Shown here: positions 17,460 through 25,914 of the stretch, in pieces
How positions within the stretch are numbered: the stretch's first letter is position 1
Layout: the number at the start of each line of letters is the position of its first letter
NCBI GenBank assembly: GCA_964639615.1
Contig: CAZXHH010000003.1
Location: 18,294 to 82,293 of the forward strand
DNA from: Candidatus Woesearchaeota archaeon
GTDB taxonomy: Archaea > Nanobdellota > Nanobdellia > Pacearchaeales > GW2011-AR1
Direction of reading: 5' to 3'
Length of the DNA: 64,000 bases
The notes under the pieces: generated by a model
The model's database searches: none
What the model was told of the DNA's origin: nothing
The model's input: only the letters and a program-made list of their open reading frames with translations
Translations under genes and position numbers: made by a program

Positions 17460-19127
17460 ATGGCTTACATTGTGAAACAAAAAATTGGTGGAAAAGATTA
17501 TTTTTACATGAGAGAAAGTGTAAGAAAAGGAACAAAAGTAATTAGCAAACATATTGCATACTTGGGAAGCAACAAAGAAGAAGCAGACAAAAAATTCGCA
17601 GAAATAATTAAAAACAGAGAAAAGAAAGAAAATAATATGACTGAAGAAACTCCAAAAAAAGAAGAAACAGCTCAAAACACTCCACTTTTACAGAAAAAAA
17701 TTTCAATAGATGAACTTGCAAAGTTCTGCAAAGAAAAAGGATTCATTTTTAGAAGTTCAGACATTTATGGGGGTTATTCTGGTTTCTGGGATTATGGTCC
17801 TTTAGGTGTTGAAATGGTTAATAATATTAAAAAAGATTGGTGGAGCTTTTTTGTTCAAAGAAGAGATTACATGGCAGGTATAGAAGCAAGTATTATCTCA
17901 CACCCAAAAACTTGGAAAGCCTCTGGACATATTGCAAATTTTAATGATGTGGCAGTAGTTTGTAAGAAATGCAAGAACGCAACAAAAATTGACAAAAGTG
18001 AAGTTGGGAAAGTTCAGTGCTCTAAATGCGGAGGAGAGTATGATATAATAGGAGAATTCAGCTTAATGTTCAAAACAAAAGTTGGAGCAATGGATGCAAC
18101 AGATGCTTATTTAAGAGGAGAAACAGCTCAAGGAATGTTCTTAGATTTCAAATTAATTTCTCAGAATTCAAGAATGCAGTTACCTTTTGGAATTGCTCAG
18201 ATTGGAAGATGTTTTAGAAATGAAATAGCTCCAAGAGACTTTTTATTTAGAAGCAGGGAATTTAATATTGCAGAATTTGAATTTTTTATAAATCCTGAAG
18301 AAAAGAAATGCGCTCTATTGAAAAAAGAACATTTAGACTTAAAACTTAATCTTCTTGATGCTGAAACACAAGTACAAGGAAAAGAAGAATTAAGAGAAAC
18401 AACAATTGGCAAAATGCTTTCTGAAAACAAGCTTGAAGAATGGCATGCTTACTGGCTTGCAGAACAATTAAAATGGTATTATCAACTAAATTTATTTGAA
18501 ATAAAAATAAGAGAGCATAAGAAAGATGAATTGAGCCATTATTCTTCTGCTACATTTGATGTAGATTATTCTTATCCTTTTGGAAGTGTGGAATTAGGTG
18601 GAAATGCCAACAGAGGACAATATGATTTAACTCAACACTCTAAAGAAAGCGGACAAAGCATGGAAGTATTTGATGAAAAATATAAAAATAAAGTAATTCC
18701 TAAGGTAATTGAACCGACATTTGGTGTTGAAAGAGTTTTCCTTGCATTACTAACAAAAGCTTACTCGGATGATGGAAGAGGAAATATTACCTTAAATCTT
18801 CCTCCAAGAATTGCTCCTGTAAAAGCAGCAGTTTTTCCACTAGTAAAAAGGGATGACTTTGAAAAAATTTCAGACGAAATTGTAGCAGACTTAAGACAAG
18901 AGTTCAATATTTCTTATGATAAAACAGGGAGTATTGGAAGAAGATATGCAAGAAATGATGAAATAGGAACTCCTTTTTGTATAACTGTTGATGATACTTC
19001 TCTTACTGCTAAAGATGTTACACTAAGAGATAGAAATTCTAGAGTTCAAAAGAGAGTAAAAATAAAAGACTTAAGAGATACATTAAGACGATTAATTAAC
19101 CAAGAAATTAGTTTTGAAAAAATTTAA
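17460..19127 (+). CDS. glyS: Glycyl-tRNA synthetase, archaeal/eukaryotic alpha2 type
   Basis: Class II motifs including FIFRSSDIYGGYSGFWDYGPLGVEMVNNI, a C-terminal anticodon-binding domain, and a Zn-like CxxC...CxxC insertion. The N-terminal ~60 aa may be an extension or a mis-called start. Confidence 0.85.
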   Translation: MAYIVKQKIGGKDYFYMRESVRKGTKVISKHIAYLGSNKEEADKKFAEIIKNREKKENNMTEETPKKEETAQNTPLLQKKISIDELAKFCKEKGFIFRSSDIYGGYSGFWDYGPLGVEMVNNIKKDWWSFFVQRRDYMAGIEASIISHPKTWKASGHIANFNDVAVVCKKCKNATKIDKSEVGKVQCSKCGGEYDIIGEFSLMFKTKVGAMDATDAYLRGETAQGMFLDFKLISQNSRMQLPFGIAQIGRCFRNEIAPRDFLFRSREFNIAEFEFFINPEEKKCALLKKEHLDLKLNLLDAETQVQGKEELRETTIGKMLSENKLEEWHAYWLAEQLKWYYQLNLFEIKIREHKKDELSHYSSATFDVDYSYPFGSVELGGNANRGQYDLTQHSKESGQSMEVFDEKYKNKVIPKVIEPTFGVERVFLALLTKAYSDDGRGNITLNLPPRIAPVKAAVFPLVKRDDFEKISDEIVADLRQEFNISYDKTGSIGRRYARNDEIGTPFCITVDDTSLTAKDVTLRDRNSRVQKRVKIKDLRDTLRRLINQEISFEKI

Positions 19128-20524
19128 TTTCTCTTTTTACCCTTCTTAGCTTTTTTAACAGATTTCTTTTCAAGTTGATGAGTTTTTCTTACAAGTCTTA
19201 TTATTACAAAAGACATTACCAAAATTACAAGAGCTACAACAGCAACAGCAATGCTTCCTGCTTGAACACCTTCAAAGATTACAAATCCCCCAACTTTTGA
19301 ACTAAGAGAGATAGGTTCCTGAACAGAATTTGAATAAGATTCTGAATTAAAATCGACTTCTAAAGTTAAATTACCTTGAAGCGTTTCATCAACAGCAAAA
19401 GAAGTTTTGTATTTCTTCACTTTATTTGCATCTATCTCTTGATTTACAGAAAAGTTTGTAATTTCTTCACCATCAGAATCAAATAAAGAAAACTGAAGTT
19501 CAACCTCTTGATCTTCACCAGCCAATTCTTCTAATGAATAACTTATTTTAACTTTATCTTCTGATACTCTATCTATCTCAATTATGTTTACATCTAATTT
19601 TTTCTTAATAACTTCAATTACAAATTGCTTGGAAGTTGATGCTCCAGAACATTCTGCAACTAAATCAAAAGTATAATTGCCTTCTTCAGAATCTTCAGGT
19701 ATTGAGACATTAATTTCTAATTCTTTTTCTCTGCTCTCCCTTATTGAAAAAGTCTGATTATCAAAAATTAACCAGGAAGAAAAATTACTAAATGTTTTTA
19801 ATTGGCAATTTTCCAACTCAATATTTCCCGTATTTTCTATACTCCAATTAATTAATTGACTATATCCAGCAATTAAATTTAAGTTTTCTATTTCTGCAGA
19901 ACTCAATTCTTTGTTAACTTCAGTTTCTTCTTCAGTTTCACTCATTAAAACTATTTCCTCTTCTTCAACAAGTTCTTCTTCTACAGCAGCTGCTGCTTCA
20001 CTTTCTTCATCTACTTCGCATGCATGAGCTGTACAAATTAATCCATCTCCACAATCTTCATCAGTAGAACATTCATACTGATTACAAATATTATTATACC
20101 AATAACCATCATAGTCGTCACAACTATCTTCATTTGTACATAAACTCAAATGACTTGCATCACAAACATCACCAGTACACTGACCTCCAATAACGGTAGT
20201 TGTGCAATTTTGAGTAGTTGTACAGGTTTGATTTTCACTCACACATTGAGTCCAACTAGTGCAATTTCCTTGTGTACCATTTAAATCTTCATATTCTAAA
20301 CAGGGTTCACAATCGTAAGTTAAATTTACACAAGAAGTTACATTTTCACAAGTTTGATTAGTAAAGTTCTCCCAATCATATCCTGCAGCAACACAAGAAG
20401 TTTCATTTGGATACTGGCTAAAAACAGCAAATCCTGTTGTATGATTTCCAAAGAAATAATTTCCGAATATTGCTAAAATTAAAACAACAAATGTAGCAAT
20501 ATATATTCTCACTCCTCTTTCCAT
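19124..20524 (-). CDS. Cys-rich, N-glycosylation-rich surface protein with an acidic linker and C-terminal TM anchor
   Basis: Signal peptide, many NxT/S sequons and Cys, an EEELVEEEE acidic stretch, and a C-terminal hydrophobic helix with a KKK tail. This layout is typical of archaeal surface proteins. Confidence 0.45.
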   Translation of the reverse strand: MERGVRIYIATFVVLILAIFGNYFFGNHTTGFAVFSQYPNETSCVAAGYDWENFTNQTCENVTSCVNLTYDCEPCLEYEDLNGTQGNCTSWTQCVSENQTCTTTQNCTTTVIGGQCTGDVCDASHLSLCTNEDSCDDYDGYWYNNICNQYECSTDEDCGDGLICTAHACEVDEESEAAAAVEEELVEEEEIVLMSETEEETEVNKELSSAEIENLNLIAGYSQLINWSIENTGNIELENCQLKTFSNFSSWLIFDNQTFSIRESREKELEINVSIPEDSEEGNYTFDLVAECSGASTSKQFVIEVIKKKLDVNIIEIDRVSEDKVKISYSLEELAGEDQEVELQFSLFDSDGEEITNFSVNQEIDANKVKKYKTSFAVDETLQGNLTLEVDFNSESYSNSVQEPISLSSKVGGFVIFEGVQAGSIAVAVVALVILVMSFVIIRLVRKTHQLEKKSVKKAKKGKKRN

Positions 20525-20578
20525 AATTTAAATTATGATTTTCTATTTTAAAAATCTTATTATAAAATAAAAGATATA

Positions 20579-20650
20579 AGCACAGGGTGGGAGTCGAACC
20601 CACGAAAATTCGCTCTGCAGGCGAACGCAGTACCGTTGTGCCACCTGTGC
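20579..20650 (-). tRNA. tRNA-Cys (GCA)
   Basis: Hand-folded cloverleaf. Acceptor GCACAGG/CCTGTGC, anticodon stem TTCGC/GCGAA with loop CTGCAGA, and T-arm GTGGG-TTCGACT-CCCAC. No CCA is encoded. Confidence 0.75.
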
Positions 20651-20709
20651 ATAAATATTCAGATTTAATGAACCTTATAAAACTTCTTAAATACTTAATG
20701 CCCCGCAGA

Positions 20710-22338
20710 CTAGCTTTTTAAGTGACTTAATGCTTTCTCTACAGAACTAAATATATCTTCTTTAGAAATAAGGGAATTAAATTCTTTATTTTTCATAAGT
20801 TTCTCTTTAACTCCTGGCCAGAATTCAGTAAATAAAACTCTTCCATTCTTGCTTTTTCTAGATTTTATGAAATTAATAAGCTGAATTTCTCCTGTTCCAT
20901 CAACAAAAGGAACATGCTTCATTCTAATTATAATTACTGGTTTTTGCATATTTATGTGCTCTTTAATTTTCTGTTCAAAAATATTCATTGCTCCAAAGAA
21001 GAAAGGACCGTGAATTGTATAAATAGAAACATTCTCTTTAAGGAATTTATCTGAATTTAAAAGAGAATTAATTTCCCCTTTAGAATCATACTCTTCCATA
21101 TTTTTTATACTAATTATGCTAGTAAGCCTGTAAAATAATAAGAAGATTGCAAATAGCATTCCAATTTGAACAGCTAAAACCAAATTAGTAACAACTGTAA
21201 GAATTAAAGTTAATAAAAAAGTTAAAAGTTCTAACTTGCCTGTATAATAAATTGTTTTTATCTCACCAATATTTATCATTCTTAGAGAAACAACCATCAA
21301 AACTCCTGCTAAAAATGCTTTAGGAATAAATAATGCAAGCGGTGCAAGGAAAAGCATAATTGCTAACAAAATTAAAGCATGGTAAATTCCAGCCATTCTT
21401 GTTTTTGCTCCTTCTCTAATATTAACAGCAGTTCTTGCAATTGCAGCAGTTGCTGGAATTCCTCCAAAAAAAGGAAGTACAACATTTGCAATTCCCTGTC
21501 CAACTAATTCTTTATTACTGCTATGCTTTGTACTCGTCATACCATCAGCAACCACAGCACATAAAAGAGCTTCTATACTTCCAAGTAAAGCAATTGTAAA
21601 TGATGCAGGTAAAACAGCCTCAACTAATTGAAGATTAAAATTAAGCCAATTTATTTTTGGTAAAGAACGAGGAATAACTCCAACTGTTGGAACTGAAAGT
21701 GAGAAAACAGCTACTGCAATAGTTGAAGCTAAAAGTGCAATTATTGAAGGTGGAACATCCTTAAGATATTTTACTCTCTTAAAAAATCTGGGATAAAAAA
21801 CTAAAACAAGTATTGTAAATAGAGAAATTGAAATTGCAAGGATATTAACACCACTAAGATTATGAAGCGATTCCCAAATTGAACTAAAGACATTTTCTTG
21901 TGCAGGAAGAATTAATCCTAAAAAATTATTTAATTGACCAAGAAAAATTAAAATTCCTATTCCTGCTGTAAATCCTGCAATTATAGGTATTGGAATAAAT
22001 TTTACAAATTTCCCAAATCTTAAAACCCCAAATAAAATTTGGAAAATACCTGCTAAAAATCCTGCGAGCAATAATCCTTCAAGACCATTTTTATTTAAAG
22101 TGGATAAAATAATTACAGCCATTGCTCCTGTTGGTCCAGTAATAGAATATCTTGAACCTCCAATAGCAGAACCCAAAATACCAGCAATAATTGCAGTATA
22201 AATTCCATAAACAGGATTTACTCCAGAAGCTATTGCAAATGCTATAGCTAAAGGCAATGCAACAATTGCAGTAATAAATCCAGCTTTCAAATCTCCTGCA
22301 AGTCCCTCTTTTATGTACCTCTTAAATTCCATAAGCAA
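20710..22338 (-). CDS. SulP-family anion (sulfate) permease with C-terminal STAS domain
   Basis: N-terminal SulP signature (ITAIVALPLAIAFAIASGVNPVYGIYTAIIAGILGSAIGGSRYSITGPTGAMAVII), multiple TM helices, and a C-terminal STAS-like domain. Confidence 0.8.
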   Translation of the reverse strand: MLMEFKRYIKEGLAGDLKAGFITAIVALPLAIAFAIASGVNPVYGIYTAIIAGILGSAIGGSRYSITGPTGAMAVIILSTLNKNGLEGLLLAGFLAGIFQILFGVLRFGKFVKFIPIPIIAGFTAGIGILIFLGQLNNFLGLILPAQENVFSSIWESLHNLSGVNILAISISLFTILVLVFYPRFFKRVKYLKDVPPSIIALLASTIAVAVFSLSVPTVGVIPRSLPKINWLNFNLQLVEAVLPASFTIALLGSIEALLCAVVADGMTSTKHSSNKELVGQGIANVVLPFFGGIPATAAIARTAVNIREGAKTRMAGIYHALILLAIMLFLAPLALFIPKAFLAGVLMVVSLRMINIGEIKTIYYTGKLELLTFLLTLILTVVTNLVLAVQIGMLFAIFLLFYRLTSIISIKNMEEYDSKGEINSLLNSDKFLKENVSIYTIHGPFFFGAMNIFEQKIKEHINMQKPVIIIRMKHVPFVDGTGEIQLINFIKSRKSKNGRVLFTEFWPGVKEKLMKNKEFNSLISKEDIFSSVEKALSHLKS

Positions 22339-22398
22339 ATTTGAAAATTTTTGTACTTTTAAATCTTATTAGTCAAGGATAAAATTTTAAAAAAAAAG

Positions 22399-22473
22399 TG
22401 CCCCGGACAGGATTTGAACCTGCGACCCCTAACTTAGAAGGCTAGTGCTCTATCCAGGCTGAGCTACCAGGGC
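22399..22473 (-). tRNA. tRNA-Arg (TCT)
   Basis: Hand-folded. Acceptor GCCCTGG/CCGGGGC, D-arm GCTC-AGCCTGGATA-GAGC, anticodon stem CTAGC/GTTAG with loop CTTCTAA, and a TTCAAAT T-loop. Confidence 0.75.
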
Positions 22474-22522
22474 TTATTATCTTGCCAAAGAGTTCAGGGT
22501 GGATTGTGCATTAAAGCACTAT

Positions 22523-22546
22523 ATCCAGGCTGAGCTACCAGGGCTT
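22523..22546. repeat. 24-bp direct repeat duplicating the 5' end of tRNA-Arg
   Basis: ATCCAGGCTGAGCTACCAGGGCTT occurs at 22452..22475 (inside the tRNA) and again at 22523..22546. Similarity is lost after the D-loop. Confidence 0.6.
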
Positions 22547-22602
22547 GGTTTGTTTAATACGTATTTTCAAGAAAAAGTTCTATTTAAAATCTTTCTATAT
22601 TG

Positions 22603-23517
22603 TTAAATCTCAAACTGGTCAAAATCTTCTGCAATTAAAGTATTCTTAAAAGACTTCTTTGCATCAAGTAAAACAGAGCGCAAATTATTATCATATCTCT
22701 GAGAAATATGAGTTAAATACAATTTTTTTGATTTAGACTTCTTTGCAATTTCTCCACACTGTTCTGAAGTTAAGTGCATGTGTTCTTTTGCTTCTTCTTT
22801 GTTTTCTGAACTAAAACTTGATTCACAAATTAAAACATCTGAATCTTTTACGAAAGGGATTACCTTATCATTCATTACAGTATCTAAAACAATTGAAACT
22901 TTTTTACCCTTTTGTTCATAAACAAAATCTTTAGCTTTGTATTTTTTTCCATTGAATGTTATATCTTTTCCTTCTTTAAGTTTCCCTAGCAAAGGGCCAG
23001 AAGGAAGTTTAGACTTTTCAATTTTCTTTTTATCTAGTCTTAATGTATCCTTCACTACAAAAGAATATGCGTTTGTTGGAATTCCGTGTTGCATCTTTTC
23101 AGCTTCTAAATAAAAATTCTCATTCTCAAAAAATTTTCCACCTGAAGTTTCTTCAACAACAATTTTGTATTCTTTTTGAAAATTAAAGACCTTAAGCAAA
23201 TCCCTCATAAATTCAGTTGTTCCTTTCGGCCCATAGATATAAAGTGTTTTATTATATCCACTTAAAGCTAAAGTAGATAAAAGTCCTGGGATACCTAAAA
23301 CATGATCTGAATGCCAGTGAGTAATTAATAATCTTGTAATTTTTCCAGGATTTAATTTTGCAATTCTAAACTGCCTTTGAGTCCCTTCTCCGCAATCAAC
23401 TAAAATATTTTCTCCTTCATAAACTAAAAGAATTGAACTATGATTTCTTTTCGCACTTGGAATTTGTGCTGAGGTTCCTAGAAAATCTATTGCTATTGTT
23501 GATACCATGATTATCAA
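22603..23517 (-). CDS. rnz: Ribonuclease Z (tRNA 3' endonuclease), short form
   Basis: Metallo-beta-lactamase HxHxDH motif (LITHWHSDH), 304 aa, with downstream His/Asp residues. It sits next to two tRNA genes. Confidence 0.8.
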   Translation of the reverse strand: MIIMVSTIAIDFLGTSAQIPSAKRNHSSILLVYEGENILVDCGEGTQRQFRIAKLNPGKITRLLITHWHSDHVLGIPGLLSTLALSGYNKTLYIYGPKGTTEFMRDLLKVFNFQKEYKIVVEETSGGKFFENENFYLEAEKMQHGIPTNAYSFVVKDTLRLDKKKIEKSKLPSGPLLGKLKEGKDITFNGKKYKAKDFVYEQKGKKVSIVLDTVMNDKVIPFVKDSDVLICESSFSSENKEEAKEHMHLTSEQCGEIAKKSKSKKLYLTHISQRYDNNLRSVLLDAKKSFKNTLIAEDFDQFEI

Positions 23518-23557
23518 AGTAATTATGTATTTTTATTTATATCTTTTTATAAAAATC

Positions 23558-23615
23558 AAAAAAAGCTCTCGCTAGAGATAAAAGCTGAGAATGCCCTGCG
23601 TAAAAATAAAGGCAT
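23558..23615 (-). terminator. Probable transcription terminator downstream of the Sm gene
   Basis: On the minus strand there is a hairpin ATGCC(N15)GGCAT, then a short hairpin, then a T7 run (plus-strand A-run 23558..23564). Archaeal termination at oligo-T is expected. Confidence 0.3.
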
Positions 23616-23630
23616 AAACGCTATTCAAAT

Positions 23631-23879
23631 TTAGTTTTTAAGTGCAGTCGAAGCAGGAGAGATATAGATAATTGTATCTCCTCTCAAAAAAGTCAATCCA
23701 AGGCTTTTTTTCACCTCACCATTTTGCATTTCTTTTACATTATCCAACACCAAGTTGATGTGGATATCAAAAGCTAATAATGTACCTACAATGTACTTTT
23801 CGCCTTTCAAATGCACTAAAACTTCTTTACCTTTAGATGTATTCAATAAATCCAAAGGTCTTTCAATTCCATTAGCCAT
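23631..23879 (-). CDS. Sm-like archaeal protein (SmAP/LSm)
   Basis: Sm1/Sm2 pattern: PLDLL...EVLVHLKGEKYIVGTLLAFDIHINLVLDNVKEM...LGLTFLRGDTIIYIS. Confidence 0.8.
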   Translation of the reverse strand: MANGIERPLDLLNTSKGKEVLVHLKGEKYIVGTLLAFDIHINLVLDNVKEMQNGEVKKSLGLTFLRGDTIIYISPASTALKN

Positions 23880-23980
23880 GATTTAGTTATGCAAAAAATG
23901 ATTTTTAAACTTTTCTTCAATTTATCACATAAAACGAAGAGAAAAGATTTATAAACAAAAAATCAGCTTATTCTTATACA

Positions 23981-24346
23981 ATGAAACTAGGAAGAAAAAT
24001 TTCAGGCGGAAAATACATCAAAAGTAGAAAGAAAAAGAAGTATGCACTGACTGGACAAAATAAAATTGTAAAACTTTCTGCAGAAGAAAAAAGAAAGACC
24101 ACAAGAACTATGGGTGGAAATATGAAAAGTTATCTTCTTAGAGGTAAATTTGTGAACATTCAGGAAAAAGGCAAAAAATCAAAAAAAGCTGAAATAAAAA
24201 ATGTTCTTGAAACTCCTTCAAATAAATTCTTAGCAAGACAAAACATTCTTACAAAAGGAACAATTGTTCTTACAGATTTAGGCAAAGTTAAAATAACTAA
24301 TAGACCAGCACAAGAAGGAATGATTAACGGTGTGCTTGTTGAATAA
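23981..24346 (+). CDS. rps8e: 30S ribosomal protein S8e
   Basis: RKISGGKY...RKKKKYALTG N-terminus and C-terminal NILTKGTIVLTDLGKVKITNRPAQEGMINGVLVE match S8e. Confidence 0.75.
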   Translation: MKLGRKISGGKYIKSRKKKKYALTGQNKIVKLSAEEKRKTTRTMGGNMKSYLLRGKFVNIQEKGKKSKKAEIKNVLETPSNKFLARQNILTKGTIVLTDLGKVKITNRPAQEGMINGVLVE

Positions 24347-24400
24347 AAACATATTTCTTAATATAATAATCTTTAAAATTAGTTTTCTCTTAGAAAGAAT

Positions 24401-24709
24401 ATGGATACAACAGCTAAATTAAGTGAAGAAGAACGATATAACTTAATGGATGCTTCAGATATAATTAAAGAAGGTATGCAAATAAATTGGCCTTCTGCAG
24501 TTTATATTGCATTTAATACTACAAACCAGATAATTTCAGCTGGAAGATATCAAGATTATTTGCCAAATTCTGCTTATATTAAAGCAGTAAGTAGAGGATG
24601 CACTTGTCCTATTATTTGTACTGCACAAAGAAGTTTAACAAAAGAACAAATTGAAACACATAATAATCTTCTTGAAAAATCACTTTTAGAAAGAAAGTCT
24701 AAAAATTAA
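24401..24709 (+). CDS. Hypothetical protein
   Basis: 102-aa ORF between rps8e and tfb. It has a CTCPIIC motif but I recognise no family. Confidence 0.3.
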   Translation: MDTTAKLSEEERYNLMDASDIIKEGMQINWPSAVYIAFNTTNQIISAGRYQDYLPNSAYIKAVSRGCTCPIICTAQRSLTKEQIETHNNLLEKSLLERKSKN

Positions 24710-24779
24710 AAACACTAATTCACTACTTTTATCCTCTACGGCATGCGAAAGCTTTATAAATACAAAAACTTTATAAAGG

Positions 24780-24788
24780 ATATTATAA
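24780..24788 (+). promoter_or_regulatory. Putative TATA box for tfb
   Basis: CTTTATAAA ~30 nt upstream of the tfb ATG. A second TTTATAAA copy lies 20 nt further upstream. Confidence 0.3.
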
Positions 24789-24816
24789 AAACCCCTTAAA
24801 AATAACAAATTCTAAT

Positions 24817-25752
24817 ATGGCTGGAATAAGAAAATGCCCGGAGTGCGGAAGTATAAATCTAACTTATGATTCTCATTTAGGAGAAATAATTTGCAATGAT
24901 TGTGGTCTTGTTATCGAAGAGAAAATGGTCGATACTGGAATGGACCTTTCTGGAAAATTTGATAAAACAGAGAAAAAAGGAAGAGGCGGAGCACCTATTT
25001 CCATGCAGAAATTCGATAAAGGTTTAACTACAAACGTTGGTGAAATTTCAGATATTTACAAATTAGAACCAAAGCAAACAAGAAAATTCTTAAGATTAAA
25101 AAAATGGCAGGAAAGAGTTTCGACTTCTATTGAAAGAAATTTAAGACTTGCTATGGCTGAATTAAGAGTTATAGCTTCTTATTTGAATCTTCCAAATGTA
25201 GTTAGAGATGAAGCTTCAAGAATCTACAATTATGTTCTTCAGAGAGGATTAGTAAGAGGAAGAAGTATGGAATCAGTTATTGCGGCTTGTTTATATGCTG
25301 CTTGTCGTTCTTACAATATTCCAAGAACACTTGATGAAATGGCAACAGCATCTGATGTTGAAAGAAAAGAAATTGGAAGAACATACAGATTTATTATAAG
25401 AAAACTTGGAATAAAAGTAAATCAATCTTCTCCAAAAGATTATGTTTCAAGATTCTCATCAGTATTGAAGTTAAGTCCTAAAACTCAGAATGATGCTTTG
25501 AAAGTTTTGAAACAGGCAGAGGAAGTTGAATTAACTTCAGGAAGAGGTCCTGCAGGAATTGCAGCTGCAGCACTTTATGTTGCTGCTTTAATGAATGATG
25601 AAAAGAAAACTCAAAGAGAAGTTGCAGATATAGCAGGTATAACAGAAGTTACAATCAGAAATAGATATAAGGAATTGATTGAAAGATTAAAACTTGAAGA
25701 AAAAATAAAACAAAAAGAAGCTGAATCTAAAAAGAAAAAGCAAGATAATTAA
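24817..25752 (+). CDS. tfb: Transcription initiation factor IIB (TFB)
   Basis: N-terminal Zn ribbon (CPECGS...CNDCG), B-finger/linker, two cyclin-fold repeats and a C-terminal basic tail. Confidence 0.9.
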   Translation: MAGIRKCPECGSINLTYDSHLGEIICNDCGLVIEEKMVDTGMDLSGKFDKTEKKGRGGAPISMQKFDKGLTTNVGEISDIYKLEPKQTRKFLRLKKWQERVSTSIERNLRLAMAELRVIASYLNLPNVVRDEASRIYNYVLQRGLVRGRSMESVIAACLYAACRSYNIPRTLDEMATASDVERKEIGRTYRFIIRKLGIKVNQSSPKDYVSRFSSVLKLSPKTQNDALKVLKQAEEVELTSGRGPAGIAAAALYVAALMNDEKKTQREVADIAGITEVTIRNRYKELIERLKLEEKIKQKEAESKKKKQDN

Positions 25753-25816
25753 TCATTAACTATATTTCTAAATCATAAAGCTTTTTATAGCATAGTTATC
25801 TAAAAATTTAGACCTT

Positions 25817-25899
25817 GCGGGGGTGCCGGAGTGGTCAAACGGGTCAGATTTAGGCTCTGATAGCTTATGCTTACCTAGGTTCGAATCCTAGCCCTCGCA
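25817..25899 (+). tRNA. tRNA-Leu (TAG)
   Basis: Acceptor GCGGGGG/CCCTCGC, anticodon stem TCAGA/TCTGA with loop TTTAGGC, a 14-nt variable arm, and T-arm CTAGG-TTCGAAT-CCTAG. It is followed by an oligo-T run. Confidence 0.75.
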
Positions 25900-25908
25900 C
25901 TTTTTTTA
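25900..25908 (+). terminator. Oligo-T terminator after tRNA-Leu
   Basis: CTTTTTTT immediately 3' of the tRNA. Confidence 0.3.
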
Positions 25909-25914
25909 AGTAAT

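Noticed and set aside
22507-22546. Split (trans-spliced) tRNA 5' half like those in Nanoarchaeum
   Set aside because: The duplicated fragment covers only acceptor strand plus D-arm (~22 nt). The following sequence cannot form a D-stem or anticodon arm. Known split tRNAs break after position 37 or in the T-arm, so it was treated as a duplication scar.
23520-23630. GC-richer intergenic segment between rnz and the Sm gene as a possible small RNA
   Set aside because: I found no C/D or H/ACA box pattern. Hairpins followed by a T7 run on the minus strand fit a terminator for the Sm gene and a promoter region for rnz.
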